Source: Chloroflexota bacterium | GTDB lineage: Bacteria; Chloroflexota; Anaerolineae; Anaerolineales; UBA4823 | Reading direction: 5' to 3' | Length of the DNA: 64,000 bases | NCBI GenBank assembly: GCA_029265355.1 | Contig: JAJUJL010000008.1 | Location: 96,758 to 160,757 of the forward strand | Shown here: one piece after another, positions 56,425 through 64,000 of the stretch | How the letters are laid out: every line of letters starts with the position of its first letter | Numbering within the stretch: position 1 is the stretch's first letter | Translations under genes and position numbers: made by a program | Notes under the pieces: model-generated | The model's input: the letters and a program-made list of their open reading frames with translations, nothing else | What the model was told of the DNA's origin: nothing | Databases searched by the model: none

Positions 56425-57066
56425 TTGAACGGTAAATACAATCCCACATTTCTGCGCTCTCCGGAGCTATGGTTTGTGCTCAGCCTGGTTGCAGTGGGCA
56501 TCCTGACCGCCCTTGGACCGCCGGAACGAACCCTGGGCGCCAATGCTCGCGTGGTCTACTTGCACGGCGTTTGGGTATGGTCATCTCTGGCTGGATTTTT
56601 GGCAGCCGCTTTGAGCGGGGGCCTGGGCCTGGCAACTCATCATAAGCCGCTGATGCGCTGGTCGCGCGCCCTGGGGCGCACGGGTCTTTTCTTCTGGGTG
56701 ACCTACCTGCCCATTTCCATGTGGGCCATGCAAACCAACTGGAACGGGCTGTTCCTGTCAGAGCCCCGCTGGCGGTTGGCGCTGGTTTTCTCGGTGGCAG
56801 GCTTGCTGCTGCAGTCAGGCGTCACTTTGCTTGAAAATCCTGCCTGGGCTTCTGCCGGAAACGTGGGGTACTTTATCGCACTGGTTGTCAGCCTGGCAAG
56901 TACTGAGAACGTGATGCACCCACCGGCGCCAATCCTCAACTCGGATGCACAACACATTCAAATTTATTTCATCATTCTCTTGCTGTTCACCTTGCTGGCA
57001 GCCGGGCAGGTCGCCCGCTGGTGGTACCGCTTCGAGCCAGCCAGGGACCGGGCTCGCTCATCTTGA
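56425..57066 (+). CDS. Polytopic membrane protein, remote CcmC/CcsA-like, paralogue 2
   Basis: 213 aa, roughly 45-50% identical by eye to the upstream gene (NARVVYLHGVWVW, QTNWNGLFLSEPRWR, NVMHPPAP). TTG start 10 nt after the previous stop; GTG 56476 is an alternative. Confidence 0.6.
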   Translation: MNGKYNPTFLRSPELWFVLSLVAVGILTALGPPERTLGANARVVYLHGVWVWSSLAGFLAAALSGGLGLATHHKPLMRWSRALGRTGLFFWVTYLPISMWAMQTNWNGLFLSEPRWRLALVFSVAGLLLQSGVTLLENPAWASAGNVGYFIALVVSLASTENVMHPPAPILNSDAQHIQIYFIILLLFTLLAAGQVARWWYRFEPARDRARSS

Positions 57067-58271
57067 ACCAACCCCTCACGCGCCAGGTGTTGGTCTTCAC
57101 CCTGACCCGCACAGCGCTGAACACCCTGCACCGCATGGTATACCCATTTTTACCGGTCATCAGCCGCGGGTTGGGCGTGGAGCCGGCGATGATTGCCAGC
57201 GCCGTGACCCTGCGCGCTCTGCTGGGCGGCGCGGCGCCGCTGTTGGGCTCGATCGCTGATCGCAGCGGGCGCAAGCTCGCCATCCTGATCGGCGTCGGGC
57301 TGTTCACCCTGGGGGCGTTGCTGGCAGCCCGGCTACCACTGTTCCCGGCCTTCGTGCTGGCGCTTATCCTGGCGCTCACAGGAAAATACCTCTACGACTC
57401 ATCCATCCAGGCTTATCTAGGAGATCGCGTGCCCTATGCGCAGCGCGGCCGGGTGCTGGCGCTCACTGAGCTTGGCTGGTCGCTCAGCTTCATCCTGGGC
57501 ATCCCCATCACAGGCATGCTGATCGAACGCCTGGGCTGGCAGGCTCCGTTCGGTGTGCTGGCCGGTTTAGGGCTGCTCAGTTGGCTGCTTTTACTGCGCA
57601 TGCTGCCAGCAGATGGCAGCGCCGAGGCCCAACAGCATGTGCGTACCCGCCTCTCAGCCGGGGAAATTCTGCGCCTGGTTACCCGATCTGCGCCAGCTCT
57701 GCTCGGCCTGGGGATTGGTTTTTTAATCAGTGCCTCCAATGAGACCATCAACCTGGTCTTTGGCGTGTGGATGGACTCCTCATTCAATGTGAAAATCGCT
57801 GCCCTGGGCGCCGCCTCGGCGCTCATTGGACTGGCAGAGTTGGGCGCGGAGGGGTCGGTTGCGGCATTCATCGACCGGATCGGAAAACCGCAGGCGGTGG
57901 GGATGGGCATCCTGGCCAATATCCTGGCTGCGCTGGCGCTGCCTTTCCTGGGGCGCATCCTGCCTGGCGCCCTGGTAGGGCTGTTCTTTTTTTATTTCAC
58001 TTTTGAGTTCACCCTTGTCAGCCTGATCCCCTTGATGACCGAGCTGCTTCCAGGGGCGCGCGCCACTTTGATGTCAGCCAATATTGCCGCACTTTCATTG
58101 GGACGCGCCTTGGGGGCCACGCTGGGTTTGCCTGTTTTTGCGCTGCTAAACCAGGGCGGATCCAGCGCCGGCATTTTCGCTTGCGCACTGATCGCCGCAA
58201 TCCTCAACCTGGCTGCCCTGCTGGCCCTGGCGCGCCTGCAGCGCTCGATGCAGCCAGCCGTCTCTGAATAG
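57063..58271 (+). CDS. MFS transporter
   Basis: About 12 TM helices. MFS motif A GSIADRSGRKLAILIG. The start is ambiguous: TTG 57063 overlaps the previous stop (TTGA); GTG 57021 is the ORF-track start. Confidence 0.8.
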   Translation: MNQPLTRQVLVFTLTRTALNTLHRMVYPFLPVISRGLGVEPAMIASAVTLRALLGGAAPLLGSIADRSGRKLAILIGVGLFTLGALLAARLPLFPAFVLALILALTGKYLYDSSIQAYLGDRVPYAQRGRVLALTELGWSLSFILGIPITGMLIERLGWQAPFGVLAGLGLLSWLLLLRMLPADGSAEAQQHVRTRLSAGEILRLVTRSAPALLGLGIGFLISASNETINLVFGVWMDSSFNVKIAALGAASALIGLAELGAEGSVAAFIDRIGKPQAVGMGILANILAALALPFLGRILPGALVGLFFFYFTFEFTLVSLIPLMTELLPGARATLMSANIAALSLGRALGATLGLPVFALLNQGGSSAGIFACALIAAILNLAALLALARLQRSMQPAVSE

Positions 58272-58273
58272 GG

Positions 58274-58282
58274 TGATATAAT
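58274..58282 (+). promoter_or_regulatory. Extended -10 TGATATAAT 10 nt before the LysM gene
   Basis: gggTGATATAATcggaaacgccATG, immediately after the MFS stop codon. Confidence 0.4.
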
Positions 58283-58292
58283 CGGAAACGCC

Positions 58293-59099
58293 ATGCAGGA
58301 AAAGCTCAGACACTCCATCCTTGCGCTGGTGGCGTGCGCCATGCTGGGAACCGCCTTCATCGCCCTGGCCATCCCGGTTCGCGCCGCGCCGCCCTACCAG
58401 ATGACCCCTTTCCCGACTCCAACACCCGGACCGGATGGGCGCATCCTATACGTGGTGCAGCCTGGAGACACCTTGCTGCGCATCTCTCTGATCTCGGGCG
58501 TATCCATCGATGAGCTGCGCGGCTTGAACAACCTGCTCAACGATAACATCATCGCAGGTCAGTCCTTGCTCCTTGGCCTCGGCGGGCCAAGCGAAGCTAC
58601 GCCCACAGCCGGCCCCAGCCCAACGCCCACCCCTATCTTGCCTACCCCATCGCCGCAGCCAGGCTTTGGCGAATTGTGCGTCTTGCTTTACAACGACCGC
58701 AACGGCGATGCCATCCGCCAGGAAGATGAGCCATCAGTGCCTGAGGGAGCGATCAGCGTCAACAATCGCAGCGGAAGCGTATCTTTCACCACCCCAACCG
58801 AAGCTGGCGACGCCCATCAATGCTTCACGGAACTGGCAGAAGGCGAGTACAGCATCAGCGTGGGCGTGCCAGATGGCTACAACCCAACCACGCTGACCAG
58901 CTTCATTGTCAACTTGCGGGCCGGCGACACAACCTACCTGGATTTCGGCGCGCAAGTCAGCTCGAAAAGCGACGTCCAGGCGCCCGCGGCGGAAGAACCA
59001 GGTGGGCGTTCACCCTTGCTGGGTATACTGGGTGGGCTGGTGCTGCTGGCTGGAATCGGGTTGGCAGTGTTCGCCGGGCGATTGATGCGCACCCGTTAG
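58293..59099 (+). CDS. Secreted LysM-domain protein with Pro/Thr linker, beta-sandwich-like domain and C-terminal TM anchor
   Basis: Signal peptide. LysM YVVQPGDTLLRISLISGVSIDELRGLNNL..IIAGQSLLL. PTPTP linker. C-terminal LLGILGGLVLLAGIGLAVFAG. Confidence 0.8.
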   Translation: MQEKLRHSILALVACAMLGTAFIALAIPVRAAPPYQMTPFPTPTPGPDGRILYVVQPGDTLLRISLISGVSIDELRGLNNLLNDNIIAGQSLLLGLGGPSEATPTAGPSPTPTPILPTPSPQPGFGELCVLLYNDRNGDAIRQEDEPSVPEGAISVNNRSGSVSFTTPTEAGDAHQCFTELAEGEYSISVGVPDGYNPTTLTSFIVNLRAGDTTYLDFGAQVSSKSDVQAPAAEEPGGRSPLLGILGGLVLLAGIGLAVFAGRLMRTR

Positions 59100-60184
59100 A
59101 GCTGCGCTCCAACGGCCTGGCGGTAAATTTCTAATAACCTGTCGCCAAACTCAACCGCCCGTTGCGCAAGCCGCCACGCGGCAGCGCGCTGGAGCGCCGC
59201 CTTTTCCAGGCTTTCTCTCAAGCCATCCTCCACAATCACGGTGATTAAGGCTGCGCCCAGGGAGCGCGCATTCTCTCCGTCCACCAGGTAGGCGGCTGGG
59301 CCGCACAACAATCCTGCCAGGGGACTATCCATCGCCACCACGGCTTTGCCCGATACCAGGCCAGCTCGCAACGGGTTCTCCCAGGGGAGGGCGGGTGCCG
59401 GGTGGAAGATTGCGGTGCAGGCGCGGTAAACTGCTGGCATCTGCCACGGCGGTAAGTTCGGAAGCAAGCGTACGCTGGCGTCAAGATCATACGATGCTGC
59501 CAAACTTTCGAATGTTTGCCGCCCAGGCGCATCTGCGCCCAGCAGCAGCAGAGGATAATACTCACCAATCGGGCCTGCCGCCCAGCTCCAGGCATCCAAC
59601 AGGCGCAGCAAACTGCGCGTCTCATAGGAACCGTGGTAAAGAAGAAAGGTTTCAGGAAGGTCAATCCCAGGCGCATCTCCGCTCTCTTCCAAAAAACCCG
59701 GGTAGATCATCGGCGGCAGGGCAAAGATTCGACCGGCCAGGTCGCGCGGCGCCGCCTGGTGGACATCTTCAGGCCACAGCAGGCCTGCCAGCCGGCTCAT
59801 GCCGCCCTGCGCCGCAGCCCGGCGCAGGCGCGACCAGAACCCGCCGCCCGCTTGCTCCACCAGCATACCCGCCGGGCTGATCAGGCTGGGACTGCCGGTG
59901 AACAGGGCGGGCGTGTGCGTGACCAGATGGATCAGATCGGCTTGGTGTCGCCGCGCGAAAAGCGGCAGCAGGCGCTGTTCCCATGCCAGGCGAGAACGCG
60001 GATTGTCACGGGTCGCGAGGGTAATTGTCTCCAGATCATCCGGCAGCCAATCTGGCGCAGCGCCCGGCAGGGCCAGCAATGGATGCACCTCTGGTCTGAG
60101 ATTTGCCAGCAGCGCCAGTAAATGCAGGGCTTGCGGACTATCTGGCTGGTGCACCAGCGCCCAGCCATCGTACAGCACGCGCAT
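59096..60184 (-). CDS. Glycosyltransferase family 1 (GT4-type)
   Basis: LLYHGSYETRS, and FHPAPALPWENPLRAGLVSGKAVVAMDS (EX7E-type region). ATG 60184 overlaps the thioesterase stop by 1 nt (TGATG). Confidence 0.8.
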   Translation of the reverse strand: MRVLYDGWALVHQPDSPQALHLLALLANLRPEVHPLLALPGAAPDWLPDDLETITLATRDNPRSRLAWEQRLLPLFARRHQADLIHLVTHTPALFTGSPSLISPAGMLVEQAGGGFWSRLRRAAAQGGMSRLAGLLWPEDVHQAAPRDLAGRIFALPPMIYPGFLEESGDAPGIDLPETFLLYHGSYETRSLLRLLDAWSWAAGPIGEYYPLLLLGADAPGRQTFESLAASYDLDASVRLLPNLPPWQMPAVYRACTAIFHPAPALPWENPLRAGLVSGKAVVAMDSPLAGLLCGPAAYLVDGENARSLGAALITVIVEDGLRESLEKAALQRAAAWRLAQRAVEFGDRLLEIYRQAVGAQL

Positions 60185-60588
60185 CAAGCGCCCGCCTTGG
60201 CCTGCACACGGCGCAAGAAACGTTCCTCGTCTATCACCACCCGTTGGTGTTCGCCTTCTCCGATCAGCTCGTATGGATCGCGCGCCTCGATGTGCAGGTT
60301 GACCTTCGATCCTTCCACCGATTGCACGACGGCGCGCACGGTCACGACACTGCCCACTGGCGAAGGCGCCAGGTGGCTCACTTCCACCCGCACACCGACG
60401 CTGGAATAGCCTTGTGGCAGGCGCTCGCCCAACAGATCACGAGCCGTGCGTTCCATAAAAGCAATCATCCAGGGCGTCGCCAGCACGCGCAACGAGCCGC
60501 TTCCGATGTGAATAGCGCTGTGCTCTTCACGTACTGTGTAGGATGCCTCTTTGGAGAGTCCTGCTTGAATGTAATCGCTGGTTTGCAT
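60184..60588 (-). CDS. Hotdog-fold thioesterase (FlK-like family)
   Basis: 134 aa. SGSLRVLATPWMIAFMERTARDLL, VGVRVEVSHLAPSPVGSVVTV. GAAGGAAGG SD before ATG 60588; the ORF-track extension to 60888 overlaps the GT2 gene. Confidence 0.8.
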   Translation of the reverse strand: MQTSDYIQAGLSKEASYTVREEHSAIHIGSGSLRVLATPWMIAFMERTARDLLGERLPQGYSSVGVRVEVSHLAPSPVGSVVTVRAVVQSVEGSKVNLHIEARDPYELIGEGEHQRVVIDEERFLRRVQAKAGA

Positions 60589-60628
60589 ATACCTTCCTTC
60601 GCTTTCGCTCAGCACAGATTTTGCGCGG

Positions 60629-61657
60629 TTAGGCCGCGCTCCACCAATCTTTGCCTTCGACCAGGCCCATCGTCTGCAGACGCGACCGGATGAGCTGGCG
60701 CGCCCCGCGCGCGCCCACTGCTGCCAGGAGCGCCGGCCTGCGGTAGCGGGACCAACAATCCAACAGGGCTTCCGGCGCCAGGATGGGCAGCCCGCGGCGC
60801 TGGCGCCCAATCTTGCGCGGGTCGATATCGATATAGGCGACCAGAGGCGCAGCCAGTCGCTGAAGCTGTTTTCCCAGCCGCCTGCCAACCATGCCCGCTC
60901 CCCAGATCAAAACCGCATCCCGTCCGGACAATGGCCCGAGCGCCAGGTAATGCGCCTTGGCGCGGATGAAATTCTCTAACGAATAGCGGCTGTCGGTGCG
61001 TGTCAGGCGCGCTGGGTGCTCGCGCCACTCCAGCAGAACCTGAGGCAATTTAGCAAAACGCGCCCCTTGCAGGTACAATCGCAGCCACAGATCATAGTCC
61101 TCAGGCCAGCCGTGCTCCTGGTAACCGCCCGCCTTTTCCAATATTTCCTTGCGCACCATCACGCTCGGGTGTGGCAGCGGGCTTTCCACGAAGATTTCCC
61201 GGCGAATATCCTCGTCCGAAAGCAAGCCATTCAGCCACTGCAAGTAGATTTCGAATCCCTGGCGCACCTGTCCAGGCGGAAAGCCTTGCACCCGGCAGCT
61301 TACCAGGTCAACCTGGGGATGCGCCTGTAAATACTCGTACTGCTGCTCCAGGCGCCGCGGCAGGCAGCGATCATCGGTATCCATGCGGGCGATCATCTCG
61401 GCGCGGCAGGATTGTAAACCGATGTTCAGGGCAGCAATGATGCCGCCATGGTTGGTGGTGATCACCCGCACGCGCTGGTCACGTTCGCTCCAGCGCCGCA
61501 GAATACAGCCCGTCTCGTCTGTGGAACCGTCATCCACGGCGACGATCTCGAAATCCTGCAGCGTCTGCGCTTCCAGGCTGAGCAGCGCCTCGTGCAGCGT
61601 CTTCGCGGCGTTAAAGCAGGGCATCAGCACCGAGACAGCAGGCACAACTGATCTCAC
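60629..61657 (-). CDS. Glycosyltransferase family 2 with C-terminal Rossmann-like (GAGxxG) extension
   Basis: VSVLMPCFNAAKTLHEALLSLEAQTLQDFEIVAVDDGSTDET and a DTDD region. C-terminal VLIWGAGMVGRRLG...YIDIDPRKIG. GTG start. Confidence 0.8.
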   Translation of the reverse strand: MRSVVPAVSVLMPCFNAAKTLHEALLSLEAQTLQDFEIVAVDDGSTDETGCILRRWSERDQRVRVITTNHGGIIAALNIGLQSCRAEMIARMDTDDRCLPRRLEQQYEYLQAHPQVDLVSCRVQGFPPGQVRQGFEIYLQWLNGLLSDEDIRREIFVESPLPHPSVMVRKEILEKAGGYQEHGWPEDYDLWLRLYLQGARFAKLPQVLLEWREHPARLTRTDSRYSLENFIRAKAHYLALGPLSGRDAVLIWGAGMVGRRLGKQLQRLAAPLVAYIDIDPRKIGRQRRGLPILAPEALLDCWSRYRRPALLAAVGARGARQLIRSRLQTMGLVEGKDWWSAA

Positions 61658-61728
61658 TTTCTTAGAGATTGCACATGGCTAGTGAATTTTAGCCGAATAC
61701 AGTCCAGGTGCACAGGTAGCCAAAATCA

Positions 61729-61737
61729 TGATATAAA
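61729..61737 (+). promoter_or_regulatory. Extended -10-like TGATATAAA 6 nt before the DUF423 gene (leaderless candidate)
   Basis: caTGATATAAAtttcttATG. No SD. Confidence 0.35.
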
Positions 61738-61743
61738 TTTCTT

Positions 61744-62115
61744 ATGCCAACGAGCGACTTATTCACCTTACTGGCAAGCCTTTTGGCGGCGCTTGCGGTT
61801 GCTTTGGGTGCATTTGGGGCGCATGCCTTGCGCCGGCGCCTGCCGCAAGACAGGCTGGAGACCTTCGAGACCGCTGCTCGATACCAGATGTACCACGCCC
61901 TGGCGTTGCTATCCGTTGGCTCATTTACCAGCAGCCTTGCGCGCCCCGCCCTGGCTTTGGCTGCAGGATGGTGCTTTCTGGCAGGCATTGTGCTCTTCTC
62001 TGGCAGCCTTTACTTGCTGGTGCTCAGCAATGATCGCCGTTGGGGGGCGATCGCGCCGCTTGGCGGACTGTGCTTTATCGCCGGATGGGTCTGCTTGGGT
62101 TTCGCCGCACTGTAA
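61744..62115 (+). CDS. DUF423 family small membrane protein (YgdD-like)
   Basis: 123 aa, 4 TM helices. ALGAFGAHAL and ETAARYQMYHALALL. Confidence 0.8.
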   Translation: MPTSDLFTLLASLLAALAVALGAFGAHALRRRLPQDRLETFETAARYQMYHALALLSVGSFTSSLARPALALAAGWCFLAGIVLFSGSLYLLVLSNDRRWGAIAPLGGLCFIAGWVCLGFAAL

Positions 62116-62179
62116 GCCAGGCGAGCCGCCTGGCTTGCTTAATCCTTTATATACCAAATCATATACAGGAGGTGATATC

Positions 62180-62866
62180 ATGAGCAGCAAGTTTACCTGG
62201 TTTGGACATGCCGCCCTGGGACTGGAGACCGGAGGCTATAAGCTCCTGGTGGACCCCTTCATCAGCGGCAATCCTGCAGCAAAGACCGCTGCAGATCAAC
62301 TGGAAGCTGATTACATTTTACTCAGCCACGGGCACGGCGACCACGTTGGCGACACGCTCGAAATTGCCCGCCGCACTGGTGCTACGGTGATCAGCAATTT
62401 CGAGATCGCTACCTGGCTGGAAAAGAAAGGCGTCAAGAGTCACGGCCAACACCTGGGAGGTGGGTTCAAGCACCCCTTTGGCTACCTCAAACTCACCCTG
62501 GCGATCCATGGCTCAGCTCTTCCGGATGGCAGCTACGGCGGCAACCCAGCTGGATTTTTGCTCACCACCCTGGACGGCCACAAAATCTATATGGCCTGCG
62601 ACACCGGCCTGTTCGGCGATATGCAATTGATCGGTGACGAGGGCATCGACCTTGCCGTGCTACCCATCGGCGACAACTACACGATGGGACCAGCCGACGC
62701 CCTGCGGGCAGTTAAACTGCTGCGCCCCAGGCACGTCATCCCCGTGCATTACAACACCTGGGAGCTGATCGCTCAAGACCCGCAAGCGTGGGCCAGCCAG
62801 GTGCAAGCGCAGACCAATGCGCAAGTGCATGTGTTACCGCCGGGAGGCAGCTTCACATTGGGTTGA
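62180..62866 (+). CDS. Metal-dependent hydrolase, UPF0173 / metallo-beta-lactamase fold
   Basis: FTWFGHAALGLETGGYKLLVDPF, LLSHGHGDHVGD. AGGAGG SD 8 nt before ATG 62180; the long upstream ORF-track extension overlaps the DUF423 gene. Confidence 0.85.
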   Translation: MSSKFTWFGHAALGLETGGYKLLVDPFISGNPAAKTAADQLEADYILLSHGHGDHVGDTLEIARRTGATVISNFEIATWLEKKGVKSHGQHLGGGFKHPFGYLKLTLAIHGSALPDGSYGGNPAGFLLTTLDGHKIYMACDTGLFGDMQLIGDEGIDLAVLPIGDNYTMGPADALRAVKLLRPRHVIPVHYNTWELIAQDPQAWASQVQAQTNAQVHVLPPGGSFTLG

Positions 62867-62952
62867 AAGCCGCTTTTCGCCCGCCAAAGCATCACCACCT
62901 TTACGCCAAATGCGCGAGGCCGCCAATTAGTCATAACTGTTGTAGCAGCCTT

Positions 62953-62961
62953 TGATATAAT
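62953..62961 (+). promoter_or_regulatory. Extended -10 TGATATAAT upstream of the sulfite-oxidase-family gene
   Basis: ttTGATATAATctcg. It shares TATAATCTCG with the dnaG box. About 80-nt leader. Confidence 0.4.
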
Positions 62962-63040
62962 CTCGCTCACAGATGCTGTGCAATCGTCGCGGGTTTGGAC
63001 GGGCTGCGCCCGCCAAATTCGTTTTTGAGCGGAGGTTTTA

Positions 63041-63679
63041 ATGTTTGGTAACATATTTCGACGGCGAGAAGATGAAGAGCGAGTGCGCGAAGAGGGTCGC
63101 CTGCCGCCCGGGCAGTCGCTGACGCAGAAATTTCCTGTGCTGCATTATGGGCCTGTGCCGCGCTTCAATCCCGCTACCTGGGATCTGCGCGTGTGGGGCG
63201 AAGTGGAAGAAGATGTGCGCTGGACGTGGGATGAATTTATGCAACTGCCACGGCGCAAGGTGATGATGGATATTCATTGCGTTACCCGCTGGAGCAAATT
63301 CGACACCGTGTGGGAAGGCGTCTCCTTGCGCGACCTGATCGACCAAAAGCTCATCAAACCCAAGCCAAGCGCACGCTTTGTGCTGCAGCACGCTGAATAC
63401 GGCTTTACCACCAACCTGCCGCTGGAGGTGATGCTGGCCGACAATTTCTTACTGGCGACGCACTTCAACGGCGAACCGCTCTCCCCAGACCACGGTTACC
63501 CTCTGAGAGGCGTGATTGGCTACATCCCCGGGCGAGGCGACCTGGCAACCCCTTATTTTTGGAAAGGCGCCAAATGGCTGCGCGGCCTGGAATTTCTAAC
63601 CAAGGACCGCTTGGGCTTTTGGGAACAAGCTGGCTATCACAATGAAGCAGATGTCTGGAAAGAGCAGCGCTTCAGCTAG
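63041..63679 (+). CDS. Sulfite-oxidase-family molybdopterin-binding oxidoreductase (short, no signal peptide)
   Basis: 212 aa. DIHCVTRWSKFDTVWEGVSLRDL (Mo-ligand Cys context), GYPLRGVIG, YFWKGAKWLRGLEF. GGAGG SD. Confidence 0.8.
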   Translation: MFGNIFRRREDEERVREEGRLPPGQSLTQKFPVLHYGPVPRFNPATWDLRVWGEVEEDVRWTWDEFMQLPRRKVMMDIHCVTRWSKFDTVWEGVSLRDLIDQKLIKPKPSARFVLQHAEYGFTTNLPLEVMLADNFLLATHFNGEPLSPDHGYPLRGVIGYIPGRGDLATPYFWKGAKWLRGLEFLTKDRLGFWEQAGYHNEADVWKEQRFS

Positions 63680-63715
63680 GCGGAAGTTCAGCAAGGCAAG
63701 CAGGGTTGATTGGGC

Positions 63716-64000
63716 ATGATCGATTGGATTAACCTGGCTTTTCATGCTCTGTGGATACTGGGCTGCGCGGCTGTCCTGGCAGCCATGAGCTATGCCAGTT
63801 GGGAGGCCACCTTGCTGGGATTGAGCCTGCGTTCCCGTTTACAGCAAGCTTCCTACCAGAAAGTGATAAACCTGGGCGGCTTCCTGATTGGACTCGGCGC
63901 AGGCGGGGCAGTACAAAGCGGGTGGCTGAAGGCGCTGTGGTTCATACTGGCCGGGCTGTTTCTGCTGCAAACCATTGCCAGCCTGCGCGCCGAACGAACT
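63716..64000 (+). CDS. N-terminal fragment of a membrane protein (runs off the window)
   Basis: ATG 63716 opens a stop-free frame to the window end. MIDWINLAFHALWILGCAAVLAAMSY... has at least 3 hydrophobic helices. Confidence 0.5.
   Translation, partial: MIDWINLAFHALWILGCAAVLAAMSYASWEATLLGLSLRSRLQQASYQKVINLGGFLIGLGAGGAVQSGWLKALWFILAGLFLLQTIASLRAERT

Noticed and set aside
62962-63040. Possible Moco riboswitch in the leader of the molybdoenzyme-like gene
   Set aside because: The leader is only about 80 nt, much shorter than the Moco RNA motif, and I could not see its conserved helices. It has only a small GC hairpin.
1-64000. Search for tRNA/rRNA genes, CRISPR arrays, IS elements, integrases and prophage or other mobile-element signatures
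   Set aside because: No intergenic gap exceeds about 210 bp. I saw no T-loop-type GGTTCGAATCC contexts outside CDSs, no spaced direct repeats, and no transposase-, integrase- or phage-like ORFs. The window looks like core chromosome.

Overview
GC-rich, gene-dense chromosomal window with about 60 CDS. I recognised no rRNA, tRNA, CRISPR array, IS or prophage. Gene content and style (fused glyQS, complete 14-gene nuo operon, many secreted multidomain proteins, TATAAT-type promoters) suggest a Chloroflexota/Anaerolineae-like bacterium; this is inference only.

Layout:
- 1-13.7 kb: beta-1,3-glucan (laminarin-type) utilisation locus. It holds two ABC permeases, three GH16 enzymes (one 1129 aa and multidomain), two GH94-clan phosphorylase-like proteins and a GH1 beta-glucosidase.
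- 13.8-15.7 kb: a small His-rich secreted protein and a zinc-ribbon membrane protein.
- 15.8-20.3 kb: glyQS and pepA.
- 20.3-22.1 kb: ECF sigma/anti-sigma pair.
- 22.2-24.1 kb: two-gene operon of a DEDDh exonuclease and an unclassified Pol-beta-fold nucleotidyltransferase.
- 24.2-27.8 kb: dnaG-rpoD.
- 28.0-43.0 kb: nuoA-N.
- 43.2-46.6 kb: minus-strand lipid-type operon (kinase-like, hydrolase, lipid kinase, PlsC).
- 46.8-55.6 kb: serC, a nucleotidyltransferase, an M23 peptidase, a 1264-aa surface protein with a P-domain, and an M20 peptidase.
- 55.8-59.1 kb: tandem CcmC-like membrane paralogues, an MFS transporter and a LysM protein.
- 59.1-64.0 kb: GT2-thioesterase-GT1 operon, DUF423, a UPF0173 hydrolase and a sulfite-oxidase-family protein.

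Most worth a second look:
- the exonuclease+NTase operon;
- the tandem degenerate CcmC-like pair;
- the GH16 domain nested inside a CBM-like domain;
- the 1077-aa remote phosphorylase homologue;
- a set of apparently leaderless genes.

All family calls rest on motifs read by eye. No searches were run.
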